64,000 bases of DNA from Acidobacteriota bacterium (lineage in GTDB: Bacteria; Acidobacteriota; Terriglobia; Terriglobales; Acidobacteriaceae): positions 9,569-73,568 of the forward strand of contig JAJZIJ010000004.1 in the NCBI GenBank assembly GCA_021810625.1. The letters run 5' to 3'. Shown here in pieces: positions 26,374 to 34,478 of this stretch. Under the pieces are notes generated by a model that was given only the letters and a program-made list of their open reading frames with translations, searched no databases and had not been told where the DNA came from. Made by a program: the position numbers and the translations under genes. Positions within the stretch are counted from its first letter, which is position 1, and each line of letters starts with the position of its first letter.

Positions 26374-28038
26374 TTATGGCATGGTGCCGCCAACATAGGT
26401 GTTGGCGTGGGACTTATCCCGTGGATCGGTGACCATGAAGACAATGTCATCACCAGGTTTCAGCGCATCCACAATGCTTTGGAACTGGGAGACATTGGCG
26501 ACAGGTTTCCGGTTGACCTGCAAGATGACCTGGCCCGGTCGGAGTTGTTGCAGTTCGTCGGCAAACGATCCCGGACGGATGCTGTCGATCAGCACGCCGC
26601 CGGAGATGCCAAGTTTACTGGCCATATCGGAGGGAATATCGCGCACGCCCATGCCCAATTTCCCTTGGCTGCTGCTTACTCCACCCGGCCCGGATCCCTG
26701 GTCGCCATTGCTGAGGGCGGCCATCATCTTGGCGCGATCCGCGATGGTTACGGTGGTGGTTTTATGCTCCCCGTTGCGGAGATAGCCGATTTTTGCCGTT
26801 GAACCAGGCTTGCGTCCAGCGATATCACTGATGAGATCATCGCCGTTTTTGATCTCGCGTCCATCAATCGTGGTAATGATGTCGCCGGGTTTCAGGCCCG
26901 CTTCCGCAGCCGGGAATCCCGGTTGGACGGAGCTGATGATGACCCCATTTTTGAAGCCGTAGACGCGAGCCACGGCGCTGGACATGGCCTGCTCCGGCTG
27001 GAAGGTAATGCCGATGGAGCCGCGAATCACTTTATGCTCCGGCCCGATGAGCTGGTTGTAGGTGTCGATGACGGTGTTGGAGGGCATGGCGAAGCCGATG
27101 CCCTGATTGCCAGCCGACTGGGTATAAATGGCCGTGTTGACGCCAATAACCTGTCCAGCCATATTGACCAGCGGCCCGCCGGAGTTGCCGGGATTGATGG
27201 CTGCATCCGTCTGGATGAAATGCTGGAACTCGCCCGATGTGCCCGGCTCAATGGAGCGATTTTTCGACGAGATAATGCCTGCGGTCACGGTCTGTTGCAG
27301 CCCGAAGGGACTGCCAACGGCCAGAACCCAGTCGCCAATCTGTGCGCTCTGGGAGTTGCCCATCTTCACGGTAGGCAGGGGATTCTTGGCATCGATCTTG
27401 ATGACGGCAATGTCGGTGGCCTTGTCGGTGCCGATCAATGTCGCCGGACGTCCGGGATCGCCTTCTGGATCGGTCGCCAGGCGGACAAAAATTTTGTCGG
27501 CCTTGTCAATGACATGGTTGTTGGTGATGATGTAGCCGCGTGGATCGACGATAAATCCGGAACCCAGAGATTCGCGCACGCCACCACCCTGGCCTTCGCC
27601 GCCGTCATCGCCACCAGGCCCCATATCCTGACCGCCCTGATCCCCCTGATCTCCGGGGCCATTCGGTTCGCCGAAGAAGCGGTTGAAGAAATCCTGGAAA
27701 TTGTCTTGTCCCTGCCCATCGCCGCTGCCTGGGCCACGATGGCGAAGGTTGGCTTTGGGAATGGACTCCGTGTTGATGTTGACCACAGCGGGGCCAACTT
27801 CTTTGGCAATCTGCGAGAAAGCTGTGGACAGAGTCACGGGATTGGGAATCTGCAAGGGGGTCGCGTCCGAGGAGTTGGCTGGCGACTCCTTGCCGTGGAC
27901 ACCATGTGCCATCACGGAACCAAGCAAAATCCCAGCGGAGAGCGTGGCAAGAATGGTGAAGGTAAACGTAAGGCGGCGAGAGCGGAGCCGTGCAAACAAT
28001 GCGTTCATATCGTGATCTAACCTCTTATTTTCAGACAT
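26374..28038 (-). CDS. htrA: periplasmic serine endoprotease DegP/HtrA family (trypsin domain plus 2 PDZ)
   Basis: Catalytic triad context (ITNNHVI, TDIAVIK, GNSGGPL) followed by two PDZ-like segments. Start at MSENKR. Confidence 0.9.
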   Translation of the reverse strand: MSENKRLDHDMNALFARLRSRRLTFTFTILATLSAGILLGSVMAHGVHGKESPANSSDATPLQIPNPVTLSTAFSQIAKEVGPAVVNINTESIPKANLRHRGPGSGDGQGQDNFQDFFNRFFGEPNGPGDQGDQGGQDMGPGGDDGGEGQGGGVRESLGSGFIVDPRGYIITNNHVIDKADKIFVRLATDPEGDPGRPATLIGTDKATDIAVIKIDAKNPLPTVKMGNSQSAQIGDWVLAVGSPFGLQQTVTAGIISSKNRSIEPGTSGEFQHFIQTDAAINPGNSGGPLVNMAGQVIGVNTAIYTQSAGNQGIGFAMPSNTVIDTYNQLIGPEHKVIRGSIGITFQPEQAMSSAVARVYGFKNGVIISSVQPGFPAAEAGLKPGDIITTIDGREIKNGDDLISDIAGRKPGSTAKIGYLRNGEHKTTTVTIADRAKMMAALSNGDQGSGPGGVSSSQGKLGMGVRDIPSDMASKLGISGGVLIDSIRPGSFADELQQLRPGQVILQVNRKPVANVSQFQSIVDALKPGDDIVFMVTDPRDKSHANTYVGGTMP

Positions 28039-28188
28039 CGTGGAGGACGGTTGGTTTGGCAACTGCAAAAAACAGTATACCCGCCAACGGACGCTCCGGG
28101 GGCGCACAGGCACCTCGCGTGTCCGTCAGGGGTATAGACGTAGGATGAGGCGAAAGCGTTTCCATGAACAGAAAGAAAGATGGGAGAT

Positions 28189-28995
28189 TTATTCGGGATA
28201 TTTGATCTGCACCAGGAACAGACCGGAAGCGGGCGCGGTTGGCCCGGCCTGCGAGCGATCACGCGCGGCGAGAATGACAGGGATCGATTCTGGCTGAAAT
28301 CGTCCACATCCCACTGCGAGAAACGTGCCTACCAGATTGCGCACCATGTGATGCAGAAATCCATTGCCGCGCACCGTATACCGGAGCAGGCTGGGAGTGT
28401 CGCTGTCCGCGATGGCGTCCTGTGACCAGTTGGATTCGTAAAGTATGCGGATATTGGTGTTAGCGGGCGGCTTGGCGCTGTCGGCGCGGGTTGCGAGATC
28501 GGGATCGGTGGCGGCGAAGGATGTGAAATCGTGCTCGCCGAGAACGGCGCGCGCGGCCTGCCGCATGGCGGCCAGATCAAGCGGCCAGGGGGAGACATGC
28601 GCGTACCGCGCGAGAAATGGAGGACAGACTGCGCCCGATGCGGCGGGAAAGATGCGGTATTGATAGGTTTTTTCCATCGCGCTGTGGCGCGCATGGAAGT
28701 CCGGCGGAACCGGTTCGGCTGCGAGCACGCGCAGCGGCGCAGGAAGTACGCGATTCAAGGCGCGCATCAGGTTGGACGCGGGAATCGGGGCCAGCAGCGA
28801 AAAACTGGCCACCTGACCGAGCGCATGAACGCCAGCATCGGTGCGCCCGGAGCCTTGCGGCAGTACCCGCTCGCCGGTGATGCGCGCGATGGCATCGGAC
28901 AGCGCGCCCTGGAGTGTGGGCAATCCGGGCTGTATCTGCCAGCCGTGAAAATCCGTTCCGTCGTAGGCGAGCGTGAGTTTCCAGTGGGTGGACAT
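28189..28995 (-). CDS. truA: tRNA pseudouridine(38-40) synthase TruA
   Basis: LTLAYDGTDFHGWQIQ and GSGRTDAGVHALGQV (catalytic Asp) motifs. Start at MSTHWK. Confidence 0.9.
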   Translation of the reverse strand: MSTHWKLTLAYDGTDFHGWQIQPGLPTLQGALSDAIARITGERVLPQGSGRTDAGVHALGQVASFSLLAPIPASNLMRALNRVLPAPLRVLAAEPVPPDFHARHSAMEKTYQYRIFPAASGAVCPPFLARYAHVSPWPLDLAAMRQAARAVLGEHDFTSFAATDPDLATRADSAKPPANTNIRILYESNWSQDAIADSDTPSLLRYTVRGNGFLHHMVRNLVGTFLAVGCGRFQPESIPVILAARDRSQAGPTAPASGLFLVQIKYPE

Positions 28996-29203
28996 GGCGG
29001 CTGAGGAAAATAGCAGCGCGATATACTCGCTATGTCTGACTATACGTGAGCCGAACCCCGCCAGAAAGCACAGCAAGCGACGCTGTTTTTAGGATTTCGG
29101 AAACTTGGCGACAGGTGGCTGCGTCTTAAAAGGGAGAACATTCCAACGGGAGCGCGGGTTGCATCAAGTTGGGTTGCATTGAACATTGAGGAAGGGTCAA
29201 AGC

Positions 29204-31420
29204 GTGAAAATTCAGAACCTGCAAGGTGGACTGGCTGTGGGGTTGTTGTTGCTGAGTACATGGACTCCATTGGTGACTCCCTTGGCGAGCGCGCAAGCGC
29301 AGAATGGCGCGGCAGCAGCGCAGGTGCCGAATGCTCCCGTGGCGGCAACGGCGACCTTGTCCACCACCGCTCCATCCATTCCAACCACGCCCTATGCAAT
29401 GCGTCCAACGGGTCACGATTATTCGCAGAGCAAGCGGCAGTGGATCAATCCAATCGCGCAATATACGCAGACGACGGTTCCTGCGCCGAGCTTCGCCAAC
29501 TCGCCGCGCCTCGATGACCTGTATCGCAATGGGAAGATTTATCTCAGCCTGGACGATGCGATTTTGCTGGCGCTGCAAAATAATTACGACATTGCCATCG
29601 CCCGATACAACCTGGACATTGCAGACACCGATCTGCTGCGCGCTCGCTCCGGTCTGTCCTTTTTGGGCGTCAATAACGGCCTGTTGACGGGCACGCTGGG
29701 CGGCAGCACTTCGCCAGTCTTCAGTGCCTCTCCTGCAGGAGCGGGCGCGGGCGCGAACAGCACCACTGCGACGACCAATGTTTCAACGGTGCAGACCGCA
29801 GGCGCAGCGGGCGGTGGCCCCGGCGGTACTTCGGTTGGCGCGGGCGGCGGGGCCTCCGGGCCATCCGGCATCAACGAAACCACGCTGGGCGCAGGCCCGC
29901 TGGTCACTCCGCTGGAGCCATTGGATCCCAGCGTGACCGGAAATGTTCAACTGGCGCGCGCCTATTTCCCGCAATCCTCCAGCTTTCATACCAATTCCTT
30001 TACCCTGAATCAGAATACGGACACGTACAATTTTGGTTACACGCAGGGCTTTCTTCCCGGAGAAACGCTGGCTGTGACCTTTGACAACTCGCGCATCACC
30101 AGCAACAGCATCTTCAATTTTTATAGTCCGACCATCAACACCTCCTTCAACGCGCAGATCACGCAACATCTGCTGCAAGGCTTTGGGCAGACGGTAAATG
30201 GACGCTACATCGCCATCACCAAAAACAACCGCAGGATTACGGATTCTTCTTTCCGCGCGCAGTTGCTCTACACCATCGACCAGATTGAGAACATCTACTG
30301 GGGACTGGTGGGCGCGTATGAGGATGAGCAGGCCAAGGAAGGCGCGCTGCGGCAGTCGATGCAGTTGGCCTCCGACGATCAGAAGCAGTTGCAGATTGGC
30401 ACGTTGGCCCCGCTGGACGTGGTGAATGCGAATGCTGGCGTGGCCAGCGACAGACAGGCGCTGATCGCTTCGCAGACCAAGCTGCAATATCAGGAACTCA
30501 TCATCAAACAGGCGATTGCCCGCAATCTGGACGATCCCATCTTCGCCGCCGCTCCGGTGATTCCCACGGATCGCGTTTCCCTGATGCAGACGCAGGAGGA
30601 AGAGAAGCCGGTGGAGGCGTTGGTGCAGGAGGCCTACGCGAACAGTCCGGCGATTGAGCAGGCGCAGTTGGGACTCAAGAATCAGGAAATCACGCTGAAG
30701 TCGGTGAGGAATGCGCTGCTGCCGCAGTTGGACATCTACGGTTTTTATGGAGCCTCCGGTCTGGCCGGAGCGCAAAGTCCGTTCATCAACTGCGCCGGCC
30801 CCTTCAAGCTCTGCGCGGGAACGCCGGGGTCGCAGATTGGCTACAGCACGGCGTTTCAGAATTTATTTAACAGCAGCGGCTCCAACAAGGGCGCGGGCAT
30901 CAATCTGACACTGCCGCTGCGCAATCGGCAGGCCCAGGCGCAGCAGGCGCGCGCGGAGTTGGAGTATCGCCAGTCGCAGATGCGCCTGCAACAGATGTAT
31001 GTGCAGATTCGGATGAACGTCATCAATCAGCTTTACGCATTGCAGAATGATCGGGCAACCGTGCAGTCGGCGGAGGCGTCGCTGGAATATGCCCGGCAAA
31101 GCCTGGATGCCGAGCAGAAGAAGTATCGGCTGGGAGCATCCACCACGGCCAACGTGCTGTTGCAAATGCGCAGCCTGGAGGCGGCGCAGGATAACAAGAT
31201 TGCCGCGCAGACGACCTATGCCGTGGATCGCGCCGCGTTGTCGCAGTTGGTGGCCGACACGCTGGACAAATATGGCATTTACATTACCGAGGCGGCCACG
31301 GGCAAGATACAGCACGCGCCGCAGGTTCCTGGCCTCGAAGCTCCCAAGCCGGAGCCACTGCCGCAGCCGCTGCATCCGGGCGAAGCGCCGCCAGCGTCGG
31401 GATCGTCTATTCAGCAATAA
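29204..31420 (+). CDS. TolC-family outer membrane efflux protein
   Basis: Signal peptide and two OEP repeats (LSLDDAILLALQNNYDIAIARYNLD...; VEALVQEAYANSPAIEQAQL...). The GTG at 29204 has GAGGAAGGG 8 nt upstream. The ORF is open from 29186. Confidence 0.85.
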   Translation: MKIQNLQGGLAVGLLLLSTWTPLVTPLASAQAQNGAAAAQVPNAPVAATATLSTTAPSIPTTPYAMRPTGHDYSQSKRQWINPIAQYTQTTVPAPSFANSPRLDDLYRNGKIYLSLDDAILLALQNNYDIAIARYNLDIADTDLLRARSGLSFLGVNNGLLTGTLGGSTSPVFSASPAGAGAGANSTTATTNVSTVQTAGAAGGGPGGTSVGAGGGASGPSGINETTLGAGPLVTPLEPLDPSVTGNVQLARAYFPQSSSFHTNSFTLNQNTDTYNFGYTQGFLPGETLAVTFDNSRITSNSIFNFYSPTINTSFNAQITQHLLQGFGQTVNGRYIAITKNNRRITDSSFRAQLLYTIDQIENIYWGLVGAYEDEQAKEGALRQSMQLASDDQKQLQIGTLAPLDVVNANAGVASDRQALIASQTKLQYQELIIKQAIARNLDDPIFAAAPVIPTDRVSLMQTQEEEKPVEALVQEAYANSPAIEQAQLGLKNQEITLKSVRNALLPQLDIYGFYGASGLAGAQSPFINCAGPFKLCAGTPGSQIGYSTAFQNLFNSSGSNKGAGINLTLPLRNRQAQAQQARAELEYRQSQMRLQQMYVQIRMNVINQLYALQNDRATVQSAEASLEYARQSLDAEQKKYRLGASTTANVLLQMRSLEAAQDNKIAAQTTYAVDRAALSQLVADTLDKYGIYITEAATGKIQHAPQVPGLEAPKPEPLPQPLHPGEAPPASGSSIQQ

Positions 31421-31421
31421 A

Positions 31422-31733
31422 AATGACTCGTTGTGAAGGAAACTTTTTTCATTTCTAAACAAAACAACACCGATCCCACCCTTGGCTACGCCAAGGATGG
31501 CGCACCCGGAGAGGAGAATCCTCGCCTCGTCCATCATGCTCTCATCAAAAACGAAGAGTCATTCTGAACGACCACCGGGAGTGAAGCCTGCCCTGAGCGA
31601 GCCGCAGGCGAGTCGAATGGGAATCCAGAGAGTCCGCGCCGCATCGACAAAGCCATCACCGTCTGGATTCTTCGCTTCGCTCAGAATGACTCGTCGCGGG
31701 AGAGACATCCTTCATTTCCAAACAAAACAACAC
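31422..31733. repeat. composite MITE-like repeat region downstream of the tolC-like gene
   Basis: About 49-bp direct repeats (AATGACTCG...TTCATTTC[T/C]AAACAAAACAACAC) at 31422-31470 and 31685-31733. Inside are a REP-C-like hairpin (31476-31500) and 12-bp inverted termini GAGTCATTCTGA (31556-31567) and TCAGAATGACTC (31681-31692). Confidence 0.85.
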
Positions 31734-31755
31734 GGCCATTTGAACTGAAAACGCT

Positions 31756-32238
31756 TTAGCTGGCGAAGAGTCGTTCCTGCGCTGCATCTTTCACCTTGCG
31801 GCGCGTGCCGACGCCGATGACCGCCATGATCTGCAAGGCTTCCAGCGCGTTGCGCGGAACAAAGACGCGCTGTGTATTGGAACGAGTATCGGGCGGCGTT
31901 ATCTGAATGCCTTCCGGGTCGAGTAGCGAGAGGTCGTTGTTGGCCATGCCTTCCAGTTGATCGCCATCGCGGAAGTGCAGGCGCACCCAGAGACCCGCCA
32001 TGCGTGGTCGCGTGCTGAAGGCGCGTCGCGCAAGCCGTTCTGGATTGGCCGGGTCGTTGGGAAAAAAATCGCGGACGAAACAGACCATCTTAATTTCGCG
32101 CAGCATAAGTTCCGTGACCTTGCCTGTCGGATCGAGCAATTCCAGTCGTCCATCGCGCGCAAAGCCCTGCGGCTCCACGTATCCGGAGAGCCAGTCGCGG
32201 CTGAATTTGCGGACGATCACTTTTTTTCTGCTCGACAT
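31756..32238 (-). CDS. hypothetical protein
   Basis: 160-aa ORF with coding-like composition. No motif recognised. Confidence 0.45.
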   Translation of the reverse strand: MSSRKKVIVRKFSRDWLSGYVEPQGFARDGRLELLDPTGKVTELMLREIKMVCFVRDFFPNDPANPERLARRAFSTRPRMAGLWVRLHFRDGDQLEGMANNDLSLLDPEGIQITPPDTRSNTQRVFVPRNALEALQIMAVIGVGTRRKVKDAAQERLFAS

Positions 32239-32456
32239 GGATATGTTCGTCTTGTGGACTCAGATATGGGGCTTCAACTCTGGATTGTCGCATGAAGCAG
32301 GGGCGAAGCCGCGCCCATTGTTTACTTTAGTGGAAAATATTGTGATTCTATGGTATGGTTAGGCTATTGCAATGCGGTCGAAAGACGCATATCTATATGG
32401 AAAGAATGGCGTTAACGGCTTAAGTTTTGCGCCGTTCTCGTCTTCCCGCACAGGGC

Positions 32457-34364
32457 ATGCCTGATTATACTCACCTGCTGGAAACCAGACTGACTATCGA
32501 CCAGAAGCAAGCGCTCAACGCAGTGACGGAGATTGCGCGCGCGCACACGATGACGGTCTACCTGACCGGCGGAGCGGTGCGCGATATCGTGAGCGGGTCT
32601 TCTGTGCGCGACCTCGATGTTTCGGTTCAGGGAAATGCGCTCAAATTACGCAAGGATTTAGAGAAGTCCGGCTTTGTGTTGGCCGGGGAGCATGAACCTT
32701 CCCGCACGCTCTTCGCATATTTTCATCGCCACGCCCGGCTGGAGATTTCCAGCACCCGAACGGAGCATTTTGCCAAGCCCGGACGCGCCGAGTACAAATC
32801 GGCTGGCATTCTGGACGATCTGCGCCGCCGGGATTTTACCGCCAATGCAATGGCGCTTTCGTTGAACGAAGGCTCCTACGGCCTGCTGCTTGATCCGCTC
32901 AATGGCACGGCGGACATCCAGTCGCAGCACCTCCGTCTGGTCAGCAATTATGGATTTCTCGATGATCCCATCCGTCTGGCGCGGGCCACGCGCTTTCTGG
33001 CTCGTACCGGCTGGAGCATGGAGGAGCGCACCAAGGTTCGCTATGGCAATGCCAAATCGGAAGGCGTGATTGAGTCCATCTCGGCCTATCAGCGTGGCTA
33101 TGAACTTGAAGAGCTTGCCTATGAGGAAGATGCGCTGGTTGTACTCCGGGCGCTGGAATCTGAAGGCTGGATGAAGCATCTCTTTCCCGCCTGGACGCAC
33201 CATAGCGTCGATGCTGCCGGATTGCAACGGCTGCATGAGAAGCTGGTGCAGCTTTTGATGGCGGGCCTGCATCCTGATGCCGCCGCCGCCGCCTTTACGC
33301 AACTCACGGCCAAGATGTCATCCTCCAATCTGGGCGCGCTCAAGCGGCTCTTTCCGCGTCGCGGCCTGTTGCAGGATGTTGCCTCGCTGGAGCGCGATGC
33401 CAAAGAATTTTCCAAGCGCCTGCTGTCCAAGGAAACGGCCAAGCCCTCGCAGACGTGGAAGCTCTTCCATAATGCAAAGCCGGAGGCCGTGCTGTGGCTC
33501 TTCTTCACCGGCAAGGGAGCCGCGCTTCAGGCCCGGTTCGACAACTTCTTTACCAAATGGACGGAGGCGCGGCAGAAGATTCCCTACGCCATTCTGCAGG
33601 AGATGCGCATCAAGCCGGAACTGGAAGGCTACGCCGATGTGCTGGACAAGACGACCTTTGCCTTTATGGATGGCGAATTGACCTCCGAGGAGACCATCCG
33701 CAAATTTCTGGAGCCATTCTCTCCGCCCGCGCCTCCTCCGCCGGTTATTATTCGCCGTCCGCGTGCCGTCAAGCGCGTCGTGGAGCCGAAGCCAAAGAAG
33801 AAGTCCGCTAAGGCTCTTAAGGCCGAAGAGGCCGCTGCCGCAGCGTTGGCGCTTGGTTCCGTGGCGGCGGAGGCTACGACTGCACAGCCCGCAACCGCGA
33901 AAAAAACCGAAGCCAAACCTGCGATCAAGTCGGAAGCCAAATCTCCGGCGAAGGCTCCCGCCAAAGCTGGCGCGAAGGTTCCTGTAAAGTCTGAGGCCAA
34001 GCCTGCCGTTGCTGTCACAAAAAAGAAGAAGTCCGTCGCCGCTCCCGCGAAAAAATCTGTTGTGGCCAAGCCGAATGCCAAGGTTGCGGCGAAACCGAAA
34101 TCTGGGTCTGCAAAACCAGTCTCTGCCAGGGCGGTAAAGAAAGTTGCGCCCGCCAAACCTGCGCACAAAAAGCCTGTGGCCAAGCCAGCGAAAAAATCTG
34201 CCAGCAGAAAGCCCGTAGACAAGAACAAAAAAGCAAAGGCCGCGCCAAAGCCAGCAGCTAAGCCGACGAAACAACCATCCAAGCCAGTGGCCAAACCAGC
34301 CGCCAAGCCGAAGAAGGCTGCGTCCAAACTTGCCAAGCCCGGCAAGCCCGGCAAGAAAAAATAA
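32457..34364 (+). CDS. poly(A) polymerase / CCA-adding enzyme family nucleotidyltransferase with a long Lys/Ala/Pro-rich C-terminal tail
   Basis: Head-domain motif YLTGGAVRDIVSG...RDLDVSV and RRDFTANAM. The last ~190 aa are low complexity (AKPAxK-type). ATG at 32457; TTG at 32427 is possible. Confidence 0.75.
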   Translation: MPDYTHLLETRLTIDQKQALNAVTEIARAHTMTVYLTGGAVRDIVSGSSVRDLDVSVQGNALKLRKDLEKSGFVLAGEHEPSRTLFAYFHRHARLEISSTRTEHFAKPGRAEYKSAGILDDLRRRDFTANAMALSLNEGSYGLLLDPLNGTADIQSQHLRLVSNYGFLDDPIRLARATRFLARTGWSMEERTKVRYGNAKSEGVIESISAYQRGYELEELAYEEDALVVLRALESEGWMKHLFPAWTHHSVDAAGLQRLHEKLVQLLMAGLHPDAAAAAFTQLTAKMSSSNLGALKRLFPRRGLLQDVASLERDAKEFSKRLLSKETAKPSQTWKLFHNAKPEAVLWLFFTGKGAALQARFDNFFTKWTEARQKIPYAILQEMRIKPELEGYADVLDKTTFAFMDGELTSEETIRKFLEPFSPPAPPPPVIIRRPRAVKRVVEPKPKKKSAKALKAEEAAAAALALGSVAAEATTAQPATAKKTEAKPAIKSEAKSPAKAPAKAGAKVPVKSEAKPAVAVTKKKKSVAAPAKKSVVAKPNAKVAAKPKSGSAKPVSARAVKKVAPAKPAHKKPVAKPAKKSASRKPVDKNKKAKAAPKPAAKPTKQPSKPVAKPAAKPKKAASKLAKPGKPGKKK

Positions 34365-34478
34365 GCTCGCTAGGCGAGATTCCGCGTTCTCTACGGAGTT
34401 TCGCCCCTGTTTTCCTCAGTCCAGCCCGCACTCTTCCGCGAACACGCCTTCTGCAAAGAATAGAATCAAGCCAGAAGC

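Noticed and set aside
31482-31748. 88-aa plus-strand ORF
   Set aside because: It lies wholly within the composite MITE/REP region and reads through palindromic modules (the SHSERPPGVKPALSE-type pseudo-peptide). Treated as non-coding repeat DNA.
33318-34354. 318-aa and 241-aa minus-strand ORFs
   Set aside because: They are antisense to the Lys/Ala/Pro low-complexity tail of the nucleotidyltransferase. Their composition (Phe/Gly/Leu/Arg repeats) simply mirrors that tract.
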